From Clostridium sp. (GTDB lineage: Bacteria; Bacillota; Clostridia; Clostridiales; Clostridiaceae): DNA of 64,000 nt. Positions within the stretch are counted from its first letter, which is position 1. Each line of letters starts with the position of its first letter. Shown here one piece after another: positions 40,390-50,363 of this stretch. Below the pieces are notes generated by a model that was given only the letters and a program-made list of their open reading frames with translations, ran no database searches and was not told the origin of the DNA. The DNA lies in NCBI RefSeq assembly GCF_036646415.1, contig NZ_JAVXMF010000001.1:65671-129670 (forward strand). The letters run 5' to 3'. The translations under genes were made by a program, and so were the position numbers.

Positions 40390-42870
40390 CTACTTCCTTA
40401 TATAAGTTGGAAGGAATATTGCAGATGAATTTGTTATGAAGTCCCCGATTCTAGTAAATATACCTGCTGGAGTATCATTAGTTATATAAATTCCCATAAC
40501 AGGGAATTGTATAGAAGTTTTTGACCCCAATGTAGAGTGCCTTTCAATTTGCACAGGTGCAATGTTAACACGTTCTTGGAAAACAACATTACTTATATCT
40601 TCAGGGATGCACTCATAACTCATGGTTATGCCGCCTCCTTCTCTCTCTAGATAAGGCTTAACTAAAAAATCTGTAGATATCTTATTATTTGGAACTAAAC
40701 ACGTATATGGAATATACCTTTTTATAAATTCCTCTTCCTCTATTGTATAAAAGTCCTTGCCAATAAATTCATAAATAACAGCTAAATAACTCTTAGATTG
40801 TGTTATCAATGTATGAGTAGGATTTATAAATGAAATAGACTTATTAACCATGGGTATAATATGACACAAATCATCGTCATAAGAAATCCAATCTAAAGGA
40901 AAATATCTATACATAGCATCAATAGCCGTATTATACAGGAATATTTTATCATCTCTAATTTCTAAGTCATAAATATTCCCAATAACTAAATTATACTCTC
41001 CTTCTTCCTTTAAAATATCGTACAATATGGAAGTGTTAAATAAATCCTCATAATAATTTGTAGATACAAATCCAATGTTTTTTACTTCTTTATTCTTCTT
41101 AATATCTTTAAGAATTTTTTTAAATGTAGCACTAACATTATCTTTTAATCCCTCATTAGGATTGATGTATTCTAAATTCAATTCTTCTTTAACAATCTTT
41201 GTTATTCCAATACTTTCTACTAATCCAGCTGGTGTTTCTGAATTGAATTCTAATATTTTCAAATCCCCATTATTATCTAAGACAAAATCTATTCTACCTA
41301 TTGCACATAATGTATCAGTATCAGAATTTAGCATAGCCTCTACTAAATTTTCTGGTAACCCTAACAAATTAGAAAACATAGAAAAATTAGCTTTTATAAC
41401 TTCATTAGTTTTCTTTAATATACTGCAAAACTTAGTGCTAGCTACATTCATCTCATTATATAATTCTTTAGTAATAATAAATCTATCTATAGATAAAAAT
41501 TCATCTACGTTGGTATAGGGACCTGTAAAGTTATATTCAAACAAGGACCGCTCAACAACTCTATCCCACACTGCTTTTCTAGGCTTTAGATATTTAGAAT
41601 CTATTTCCACAGGATAGTCCTTCACACCTAGTGGACACATCCAAGAATTACTATCATTAGTAAGAAAATCTTCACTCCACCTTATACAAACACCTATGAG
41701 CTTTTCTTTTGTAATATATGTTCCAAAATTCCCATAGCCAAGTACTGGCAAATTCATATTATACTCTCCTGGTCTATAGGTATATTCTTGTTTTATATCT
41801 ATTACAGCTTGAATTATATGAACTTTTTCAGATTCTATCACCAATTTAACTTGATTTTCCCATTCATCTTTATTATATAACTTACCTATATATACTTGAC
41901 CACTATACCTTCCAAGGGAAGATTTAATAACATACTTATCTTTATTCTTTATAAGTTCGGAAATTTGGCTTTGTAAATTTTTATCAATATCCTTATTAAA
42001 TAAGGTAGTATATGGGATACATGCTTCTATATCTTTCTTTTCCACACTAGACAATAATGGTGAATCTGATAATACTAATTCCCAAAGATAAGCAAAGAAG
42101 GTTTTAGCTTGAATAGCAACAACTCTAGGATCATTTAGTATTGTAACCTTACCTTTATTAAACACTTCTAATATTTCTATAAAATTATCTATCTCATAAA
42201 GATACTCTGCGGGAAATAGTTTTAAAATAACATTGATTTTAATTTCGTCAAAGGCATAAACTTCATCCTCTTTAACAGATAAATTTTTAGGTCCAACTTG
42301 ATAAATACTAATATTAGTTTCACTTAATATATCTTTAATATAAGTAGCTAAATGAAGTTCCTCATAATGACATGGATCTATAAGTATACCAACATTAATA
42401 TTCTCATCATTATATAAGTCATTACAAATTGATACTAATGAATCTATAAAGTGTTTCTTAAAGCCCTTGTTTATATTTTTCTCAAAATCCAAGTCACCAG
42501 CCAAAGCTATTTCCTTTTGAGCACAAGGTTTATCGTAATTAAACTCAGCAAAATAAACCTCACCCTTTGAATCTCTAAAGGTATCAAATCTTGTCCATAG
42601 CATAGGTGCTATAGGACAAGTCAAATTAAAAATGTTATCTTTAAAAGGAAAGCTATCTATATATGAAAGAAGTTTTTTATGATTTGTATTTAATTCACTT
42701 AGAACTCTAATAGAAATTTTATTAATAGCTTCTGAGTAATACACCATTTTATCATAACAATTTGTATCCACATAAAATGGTATTTGGCTATGAATATAAT
42801 TTTCATAAGGGCTACTAATCATATAATTATTAAATAAAACATCTTCTGTAAATAATCTTTGATTTTTCAT
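40390..42870 (-). CDS. Tandem glutathionylspermidine-synthase-like ATP-grasp amide ligase (GSP_synth/YjfC family, two domains)
   Basis: The second domain reads GRIDFVLDNNGDLKILEFNSETPAG, matching the GSP_synth motif GRFDF...LLEYNADTP. The first domain is a diverged copy (YFAEFNYDKPCA). Confidence 0.55.
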   Translation of the reverse strand: MKNQRLFTEDVLFNNYMISSPYENYIHSQIPFYVDTNCYDKMVYYSEAINKISIRVLSELNTNHKKLLSYIDSFPFKDNIFNLTCPIAPMLWTRFDTFRDSKGEVYFAEFNYDKPCAQKEIALAGDLDFEKNINKGFKKHFIDSLVSICNDLYNDENINVGILIDPCHYEELHLATYIKDILSETNISIYQVGPKNLSVKEDEVYAFDEIKINVILKLFPAEYLYEIDNFIEILEVFNKGKVTILNDPRVVAIQAKTFFAYLWELVLSDSPLLSSVEKKDIEACIPYTTLFNKDIDKNLQSQISELIKNKDKYVIKSSLGRYSGQVYIGKLYNKDEWENQVKLVIESEKVHIIQAVIDIKQEYTYRPGEYNMNLPVLGYGNFGTYITKEKLIGVCIRWSEDFLTNDSNSWMCPLGVKDYPVEIDSKYLKPRKAVWDRVVERSLFEYNFTGPYTNVDEFLSIDRFIITKELYNEMNVASTKFCSILKKTNEVIKANFSMFSNLLGLPENLVEAMLNSDTDTLCAIGRIDFVLDNNGDLKILEFNSETPAGLVESIGITKIVKEELNLEYINPNEGLKDNVSATFKKILKDIKKNKEVKNIGFVSTNYYEDLFNTSILYDILKEEGEYNLVIGNIYDLEIRDDKIFLYNTAIDAMYRYFPLDWISYDDDLCHIIPMVNKSISFINPTHTLITQSKSYLAVIYEFIGKDFYTIEEEEFIKRYIPYTCLVPNNKISTDFLVKPYLEREGGGITMSYECIPEDISNVVFQERVNIAPVQIERHSTLGSKTSIQFPVMGIYITNDTPAGIFTRIGDFITNSSAIFLPTYIRK

Positions 42871-42904
42871 ATTAAAGCCTTTCTATTAATTTATTTTATG
42901 AAGC

Positions 42905-43282
42905 TTAGCTAGAAGAACTTCCACCTCTTGAACTTGAATATCCAGACTTACCCTTAGATACCGTGGTTGATTTTTTTGTACTTGTGCTAGAATTACCATC
43001 TTTGATATTTGTATTCGTACTTTTATTTGTATTAGTACTTTGATTTGTATTATATTTTGAATCTATGAAACCAGACCTACCACCATAAATATGTCTATAG
43101 TAACCACCAACGTTACCGTTGTAGTTTTCCTCTTCTTCTTCTTCCTCATTGTTAATTTGATTTTGATCCCATTCAGATTTTGGAGTACAGCCAACAAATA
43201 AAGAAGCTGTCATTGCTGTTGCAACTGCAAGAGCTAATGCTTTACTTTTATTAACAGTTAATAATTTTTTAAAATCATCCAT
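42905..43282 (-). CDS. Lipoprotein with a poly-Glu stretch and a Ser/Thr/Asn-rich tail
   Basis: Signal peptide with lipobox LFVGC. Low-complexity runs EEEEEEEN and SSRGGSSSS. Confidence 0.5.
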   Translation of the reverse strand: MDDFKKLLTVNKSKALALAVATAMTASLFVGCTPKSEWDQNQINNEEEEEEENYNGNVGGYYRHIYGGRSGFIDSKYNTNQSTNTNKSTNTNIKDGNSSTSTKKSTTVSKGKSGYSSSRGGSSSS

Positions 43283-43284
43283 AT

Positions 43285-43920
43285 TTACCCCCAGCTTTTT
43301 ATTTCAATATTTAAATCATTATTTATTGTCTCAATATAATCTTTCATATCTTCTTTAATATTATTTTTTGTATAAATGATTAAGTTAGTATAACCTAAGG
43401 TTTTTAATGTTTTTCCGTATGGTAAATCCTCATCTGAAAATTCATATTGATTATTGAGTTTCTTTTTATATGCCTCTTCCGGAAAGTCACCATATCTTTC
43501 ATAATCTAAAAATAATACATAAGCTATCGGCTTAATGTTTTGTAGATTTTCCCCTAAGACTACTAATCTTTCAATAGAATCCCTGCTTCCGATTAACCCA
43601 TAAGGGTTGAATAGAAAATTAAAATTTATAATAGGTTTTATGTTGAATTTATTATTAAGTAAATAAGCTACTTCTAAAGATTCTCTCATATTAATATCTA
43701 TAATAACAAAAGTTTTTTCTAAATCATGATTCTTTATCGCCTCTAATTTGTCTTTATGTTCATTGTAAAGGTATTGTTCATCTAAGGAATAAGTAATCTC
43801 AAAATCCGAATATGTTTGAAGTGATACGAAAGGTCCACTTCTCATAAACGGTTCGAAAGTCCCCAAATTAGATTTCCAAAATCTATATATTTTTCTAAAG
43901 TCTTTTTCTTTCAAATTCAT
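43285..43920 (-). CDS. Hypothetical protein
   Basis: 211 aa ORF, tightly packed (3 bp gap) with its neighbours in the same operon. No recognised motifs. Confidence 0.4.
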   Translation of the reverse strand: MNLKEKDFRKIYRFWKSNLGTFEPFMRSGPFVSLQTYSDFEITYSLDEQYLYNEHKDKLEAIKNHDLEKTFVIIDINMRESLEVAYLLNNKFNIKPIINFNFLFNPYGLIGSRDSIERLVVLGENLQNIKPIAYVLFLDYERYGDFPEEAYKKKLNNQYEFSDEDLPYGKTLKTLGYTNLIIYTKNNIKEDMKDYIETINNDLNIEIKSWG

Positions 43921-43928
43921 TCTTTCAC

Positions 43929-44339
43929 CTAGCTTTCATAAGTAACAGCAAAAATTTTAGAAAGAGAGATAATTTGTTTAAAATTATCTACTGTATTAAA
44001 AGTAATATGACTATCGCTACATTCGCTTTCCTGAACTTCCCCTTTGAAGGTTGCCTCTGGAGTTGAGTTTGACCATGAATTACTATTTTCGAAAATGTTT
44101 ATTTCTCTTTCATAACTCATATAATTGTAGGGTAACTTATATACGATAGCAAAAATTTTATCAAAGGAAAGTATTTGCTTATAGGTTTTAAAATCCTCTA
44201 CAGTTTCAATTACAATACGACCTTTACTCGTAATATTCAGCTGACCCTCCAGAACTTCAAAAGGCTCATCCTTTTCCCATTCCAAATAATCTCTATAAAG
44301 ATATATGCTCAAATTATTTACCCCCATATTCAAGTCCAT
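43929..44339 (-). CDS. Hypothetical protein with an internal ~40 aa duplication
   Basis: Repeats VEDFKTYKQILSFDKIFAIVYK and VDNFKQIISLSKIFAVTYES. Confidence 0.4.
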   Translation of the reverse strand: MDLNMGVNNLSIYLYRDYLEWEKDEPFEVLEGQLNITSKGRIVIETVEDFKTYKQILSFDKIFAIVYKLPYNYMSYEREINIFENSNSWSNSTPEATFKGEVQESECSDSHITFNTVDNFKQIISLSKIFAVTYES

Positions 44340-44453
44340 GTCATAAGTAATAGCTATTATTACTTATAATAATAGTAGATTTTTCTCTATACAATTTTAT
44401 TAGTTATAGTAAAAAATCTACTCATCATTTAACTTAATAATTACTTTATTCGT

Positions 44454-44657
44454 TTATCTAACAACCTGTGAAACTATAATTGCTAATCCAATAAGCATAC
44501 CTGCTAAAAATATAGCTATTGCTGTATTTCCTTTTTCTAATTCTTTGTTAAAATCTGCTGGCACTATAAAATCAAATAGCTTGTATCCTACTATTAAAAT
44601 AACAATTCCAACTAACCCAAATACTAAGCTTACTCCTAAATTCATTAACATTTCCAT
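44454..44657 (-). CDS. DUF350-family small membrane protein (YjfL-like)
   Basis: 67 aa with two transmembrane helices. The core KLFDFIVPADFNKELEKGNTAIAIFLAGMLIGLAII resembles the E. coli YjfL repeat. Confidence 0.5.
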   Translation of the reverse strand: MEMLMNLGVSLVFGLVGIVILIVGYKLFDFIVPADFNKELEKGNTAIAIFLAGMLIGLAIIVSQVVR

Positions 44658-44850
44658 TTAAATGCACCCCCTTAATTTATTATAATATTATTCCACCTTA
44701 TAATTATTATAACCTATTTGGATATTTTTTCAAATATTTTTCACTGTACTTTTGTTGTTTCAAAGTGTGTTGAAATAACAAAAGAGTAGATAAGTTTGCT
44801 TTACACAAATTCATCTACTCTTCATAATTTTATTTTTGCATTCCCTCCTA

Positions 44851-45774
44851 TTATAGTTGGTTTAACATACTCTTGTTATCTATACTACTATTATATGCTG
44901 TAATCATAGAACTTTTATTTCGAAGTGGAATTAATTTCACACTAATATCTTCATAATCTTCATTCTTTTTAAAATTATTAATATAGAAGTTATTAAATTC
45001 TTCTAAAGTAGATTTAATGTAACACTCTCCATATCTATTCTTACCTATAAACATTCCATTAATTCTATATAGCTCTTTAAAAAATCTAAAGCTCACTTTT
45101 TGTGATGGATAGAAACTTAAAGTTTTCATCTTCCTATTTATTTCATTAGTTATATCCAGAAGTGTATTTGCATAAATATGTGTTATCGGACTTTGAGATT
45201 CATATTGATACACTCTCTTTATCGTGGCAAATGTATTTTTAGAACCATTATATGCATTTACCAACTTTGATGAAGCTCCAAAGTGATCTATATGGGTATC
45301 TAATGTACATGGTAAAAAAATAGTATCTGGTTTAACTTGTTCTATTACACTAATCAATTCGTCTTCTATATTTGAAGTTATTAATTCTTTATCATTACTA
45401 TTTAAAAAATATAAATTTTCTCTATGAATTCCTACAGTGGAAGCCACATAAATGGCTTCATTTTTTCTTTCTTCTGGATTTCCATTTTTATTCCCATTAG
45501 TAAGATATACAACATATACTTGTTTGTTATTCTTTATATACTTCAATATTGCTCCACCGCATCCTATTATATCATCATCAACATGTGGTGCTAAAATTAG
45601 TATCTTGTTTCCTTCTAAATTCTTCAATGCATTTATTTTCTCATTTCCATGTTCTAAAGAATAACACTTCTTAAAATAAGATGAATTTTTCATCGAATAT
45701 ATAGGTAAATTATTTTTAACTCGTAATCCTTTTGCATATAAATTATATAGCTTTATGTATAACTCTCTGTTCAT
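44851..45774 (-). CDS. PIG-L family deacetylase (LmbE/BshB/MshB-like)
   Basis: Motif LILAPHVDDDIIGCGGAI (AHPDDE-like) and downstream His motifs. Confidence 0.75.
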   Translation of the reverse strand: MNRELYIKLYNLYAKGLRVKNNLPIYSMKNSSYFKKCYSLEHGNEKINALKNLEGNKILILAPHVDDDIIGCGGAILKYIKNNKQVYVVYLTNGNKNGNPEERKNEAIYVASTVGIHRENLYFLNSNDKELITSNIEDELISVIEQVKPDTIFLPCTLDTHIDHFGASSKLVNAYNGSKNTFATIKRVYQYESQSPITHIYANTLLDITNEINRKMKTLSFYPSQKVSFRFFKELYRINGMFIGKNRYGECYIKSTLEEFNNFYINNFKKNEDYEDISVKLIPLRNKSSMITAYNSSIDNKSMLNQL

Positions 45775-45797
45775 TTTCTACCCCTACTCCTTATTAA

Positions 45798-46841
45798 CTA
45801 TACTGTATCTGCATCCCCATTTACAATACTTAACATTGCCAATTTATCAATATCACTCTTACTATTCAAATTCTTATATATATAATAAATACCTGGTGCT
45901 GATTTACCATATAGGTAACTCTTCTCCATAAAATCCAGTTTTGAATTATTTAAACTCCACACTGTAATTAAACTTACATTATAATTATCATAAATATAAA
46001 TCTCTAGTGTGTTGAAAATATCATTAAACATGCTTTCATCACCTATATAATGTTCTAAAATTGACATAGAATTGCCTTGGCATTTATTTAATATGAAAAA
46101 TGCTATAATCTCATTTGTATTTTTATTGTATACTGCTAACTTTAATTTATTATTATTATTGTACTTCCATTTGTTATATTGTAAATTTTTATTTATATAA
46201 ATACCATCATTGCATTTATTAATAAATTTATAAACTTCTCCATCTATATTAACTATTTCATTAATATAAATATCTTTAAGCTTTGATGTATTTCGGGCTA
46301 TATTTAAAGCTAAATTAGGTATATTAGTTTTTGCTATCAGCTTTAATATTGAACTTCTATTTACTTTATTTATGCATTTAAAGTTTATTATTGTTTTATA
46401 AATCTTTAATTCATCTACCTTCTTAAACCCTAGCTTAATAAATCCTGGATAAGAATTATTGTTTGCAAATCCAATAATAAAATCATATCCACTTTGACTC
46501 AAATCCTTTATGGCATAACTTATTACTTTTTTAAATAATCCTTTTCCCCTGTAATCACTTAATACCATGGTATCACCAGATTGAACTCCTAAATATGTTT
46601 TACCATCTATTATAATTTCAATAGGGAAAAATGAATTTGCTCCTATTATCTTATTTTCGTCTATTACTAAATAAATTTTAGGATTACCTTTTAAAAAAGG
46701 ATTTTCATTGTTCTTATACCTAAACACTTCATCACTGATTTCATGCCTATATACCTGAAAAAATAATTTCTTATACTCTTCATAATCTTCATCTCTAAAC
46801 AATCTTATACTTATTGATTCCATAAGTTCATCTCCAAACAT
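45798..46841 (-). CDS. GNAT-family N-acetyltransferase with a C-terminal extension
   Basis: An N-terminal ~160 aa has an acetyl-CoA binding-like core (...DFIIGFANNNSYPGFIKLGFKKV). It lies 24 bp from the PIG-L gene on the same strand. Confidence 0.5.
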   Translation of the reverse strand: MFGDELMESISIRLFRDEDYEEYKKLFFQVYRHEISDEVFRYKNNENPFLKGNPKIYLVIDENKIIGANSFFPIEIIIDGKTYLGVQSGDTMVLSDYRGKGLFKKVISYAIKDLSQSGYDFIIGFANNNSYPGFIKLGFKKVDELKIYKTIINFKCINKVNRSSILKLIAKTNIPNLALNIARNTSKLKDIYINEIVNIDGEVYKFINKCNDGIYINKNLQYNKWKYNNNNKLKLAVYNKNTNEIIAFFILNKCQGNSMSILEHYIGDESMFNDIFNTLEIYIYDNYNVSLITVWSLNNSKLDFMEKSYLYGKSAPGIYYIYKNLNSKSDIDKLAMLSIVNGDADTV

Positions 46842-47496
46842 TTATTTATTACTTAATAATCTACTAAAGCAATTTAGATATTCAAAAATCAACCTTTCTT
46901 AATTTTAACTTTTTTATCTTTACTAATTATATCACTATTTTCTATAATATTCCCTTTTAATTTCTTGAAAACTATGATTTTTAAGGAAGGTTTTATTATA
47001 CAATAACATTATATTCTCTTCTTTTATTTAATATTTTCCCTCTTAAACTTCTTTTAGTCCAAATCTTATTTATTTGTTCATTTTTCTCTCTTATTATTTT
47101 TTTACTCCCCCAAATAATCATGTAATAATAACTAACACTTACCCTAACTATTAAAAAATCACTCTGGAAAATTAGTTAAATATGGTATAATTGTATTATG
47201 GTTTATGCTGATTTTTTAAAAACTGTTGCATTTTGTGTGCATTTTATCATACTATATTATAAAGAAAAGATGAAAGGATGATTTAAATGAAAAAATCTAA
47301 AAAGGAATTAATTCAAGGTATGTCCTTCTCCATTGATATGAATAAACTGAATTTGAATAGAAGAAAATTTGAAACCAGTGAAATTGGAAGAGGTACCGGA
47401 ATTCATAAAAGCAAAAAAGGAAAAGGTTCTTACACCCGCAAGAATGTTAAGTTTGATAACAATTCTTGCGGGTGTTTTTTATTTTAGTTTATTTAA

Positions 47497-49872
47497 TTAT
47501 TTCAAACACTCTACTAAGCTATTTACTGCTTTGTTAGAGATTCCACCACCAGCTCTCACTATTATATAAGTAGATTTCCCAGTTAAAACTGACTTTTGTT
47601 CACTTGATAAATCCTCTCCTACTATCACGACTGGTGCGTCATCTAAAGCTGCAACAGCGCCTGAAGCTAATGCATCTATTAATTCATATCCTTTTGCTAT
47701 ATACACTACATCCACGTAGTCATTATAAAACCTTTCAATTACTTGGGCATTTGTAGCAAATCTATCCTTACCCCCAAGTCTATTATTACTTATATCTGAA
47801 CTAGTCAAAGAATTAACGCTCTTTAATACTGCATCGCTGACTACTCCCGTGCCCCCTATGATATAGGCATTATCCACCATTTCTCCATTTAACCACTTAT
47901 AAGTATCAGTAGGCACCGAATCCTTTTCTACCAAAATAATTGGCATATTACGACTTCCTGCTACAGATGAAATGGACAATGCATCTGCCTCCCCATATCC
48001 GTAGCTTATAACCACATCTTTAACATCATAAAAATAGCTATCAATGAACTTAGCAATTAATAGGGATGTTTCATATCTATTCTTTCCTCCTAATACATTC
48101 AAATAATCAATTCCTGAGTCATACAGTTCACCCATAACCTTCTCTGAAACTACACCTGACCCACCTACAATTATGGCATATTTAGCTCCCAATCTTTTAA
48201 TTTCTTCCTTTGTTACCTCTGGAAGAGTATCCTTAGTAGTTAATAAAATTGGTGAATTTAAATAAGATGCTAAAGGTGTTGCAGCTAATCCATCAGCCAT
48301 TGCAGCACCATTTACAATAACTACAGTGCTAGTGGAAATATACTTCAGCTGACTAAGTTGTGCTGCAGTGTCATATCTATCCTTGCCTATACCTGGAATT
48401 ACTTGAATCTTTCGCTCAGATACAACTATGTTTCTTTTTAAGCTCACAGCATTTCCATCACTATCTATAATCTTATAAGTTAAATTATAGTTACCACCCT
48501 TGCTAGTATCTACTTTACCTTCTATCTTCATCGTAGAAGTTATATCACCATCCTCATCATCATAAACTTTAATTCCTAGTCTAGGGTTAAAATAATCTCC
48601 TACACTTATAGCTATATCCTGAATCCCACTTACTTCTGGAATTTTATTGCTTTTTATTACTATGGTCCTTGTTATATTAGAAGTAATATTATCACTATCT
48701 GTCACTTCATAAACTATTTTTACTTCTGCAGGCTCACTAGTGTCTACACCTTCAACCTGAAGTTTTGAAGTTAAATCTCCATCCTTATCATCATAGGCTG
48801 TTACCCCTTTAAGGGAATCAAATTTTTCTCCTACCTTTAAAGTAGCAGAATCTACCCCTTGTATTTTAGGTCCATTCTCTGGCATACTTGCGAAGTTAGC
48901 TGGGAAATCAATAATACCAAATTTACCTTCATCATCATAAAAGTTAACGCAGAAATTCATATCATCTGCTATGTCCCACTGAAGAGTATTATTTGCACTA
49001 TTATAGCGTCCTCCTTGTATTTCAAAGTTCGATACGGGATTTCCATACCTATCCTTTATTGGATTTTTAACCTCTAAAATCTTATCTTCTTTATAGACTA
49101 TTAATTGCTGTCCTTTCACCTTTTGCCAACTAGTCTCTAGATAATCAATACTTTTAAAACTTTTTAATGGACTCATATCATTTATTGAATTATTGTGTAT
49201 ATTTAGGTGTTTTAAGTTTATAAATTTAGGAACTAAACTTATATCCTCTATATTGTTATACCCCAGATCTAAAAATTCTAACTTAGTTAATGTTGCTAAT
49301 GCAGTAATATCCTTTATCCCATTAGCACCTAATCTTAGATTAATTAAATTAGTCATTTTAGATAAGGATGGTAAATCATTTCTTAAGTTACAATAATCTA
49401 AATTTAAACTTTGCAAATTAGTTAGATTTGACAATGGACTTATATCGCTTAAAGGATTTAATCCTAAATTTATATCTTTTAAGTTAGTCAGCTTTGACAA
49501 TGGTCCTAGATAACTTATTTCATTAGCAAGTAAGTTCAACTCCTCTAAATTAGTACAATATTGTAACCCTTCAAGATCTTCTATGCCTCCACGCTGTGAT
49601 ATTATTGAAGTTATTTTCTTCATTTGGCTAATTGTTATATTTGCAGATAGTGGTTGATCTAAAATCTTACATAAAACAATTTTCAAGTTTTCATCTGGTA
49701 TATTAACTACCTGACTGGCTTCATCCACGACTTTACTTTGAACCTCTTGTAGTTGATTTATCTCCATTAAATCCCTAACCTGGCTAGTCCTATTCTCTTC
49801 CGCAAATGCAGTTGTAGAAATAGCTTGCAGAACCATTAATGCTGCCAATACTTTTACTATACTTTTCTTCAT
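47497..49872 (-). CDS. Secreted surface protein with leucine-rich repeats (internalin-like), Ig-like domains and three C-terminal CWB2 cell-wall-binding repeats
   Basis: Signal peptide MKKSIVKVLAALMVLQAISTTAFA. LRR units such as LxxLxxLxLxxNxIxDIS. CWB2 motifs GKDRYDTAAQLS, GKNRYETSLLIA and GKDRFATNAQV. Confidence 0.8.
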   Translation of the reverse strand: MKKSIVKVLAALMVLQAISTTAFAEENRTSQVRDLMEINQLQEVQSKVVDEASQVVNIPDENLKIVLCKILDQPLSANITISQMKKITSIISQRGGIEDLEGLQYCTNLEELNLLANEISYLGPLSKLTNLKDINLGLNPLSDISPLSNLTNLQSLNLDYCNLRNDLPSLSKMTNLINLRLGANGIKDITALATLTKLEFLDLGYNNIEDISLVPKFINLKHLNIHNNSINDMSPLKSFKSIDYLETSWQKVKGQQLIVYKEDKILEVKNPIKDRYGNPVSNFEIQGGRYNSANNTLQWDIADDMNFCVNFYDDEGKFGIIDFPANFASMPENGPKIQGVDSATLKVGEKFDSLKGVTAYDDKDGDLTSKLQVEGVDTSEPAEVKIVYEVTDSDNITSNITRTIVIKSNKIPEVSGIQDIAISVGDYFNPRLGIKVYDDEDGDITSTMKIEGKVDTSKGGNYNLTYKIIDSDGNAVSLKRNIVVSERKIQVIPGIGKDRYDTAAQLSQLKYISTSTVVIVNGAAMADGLAATPLASYLNSPILLTTKDTLPEVTKEEIKRLGAKYAIIVGGSGVVSEKVMGELYDSGIDYLNVLGGKNRYETSLLIAKFIDSYFYDVKDVVISYGYGEADALSISSVAGSRNMPIILVEKDSVPTDTYKWLNGEMVDNAYIIGGTGVVSDAVLKSVNSLTSSDISNNRLGGKDRFATNAQVIERFYNDYVDVVYIAKGYELIDALASGAVAALDDAPVVIVGEDLSSEQKSVLTGKSTYIIVRAGGGISNKAVNSLVECLK

Positions 49873-50363
49873 ACCCCTATCCCCCTATTTATAAATCTCC
49901 TTAATAGTATTATACATTTTTTACCACCTAATTTCTATGTAATCAAAAACTTCTTTAGACCCTCTTATGATATCCGCATTTAACTTTAACCTTATATACT
50001 AAGTAAATAGTTACAAGTAAATTTTTTTATTATCTACTATCACATTACATCTCACATAATATATAAAAATATCAACTAACGATTCCCACAAATATTAAAA
50101 AATCCCCCTAAGAAAATAGATGGTTAGTTGTTCTAACTATGCGGATTTCATCGAATTTATTACTTAAATTATAAAAATAAATATGTATGATAAATTGTAA
50201 AATATTCTAATATTTACTATTTAAATATGGTATAATATTCTTGGAAATTAATTCTTAATTATTGGATAAATCTTGTTAGTTCTTGAGTATAACAAGGGAG
50301 GATAAAATGTAGGAATTAAATAAAGTTATGTAATTTTTAAATTTGCAGGAGGTGAAAAATTTC

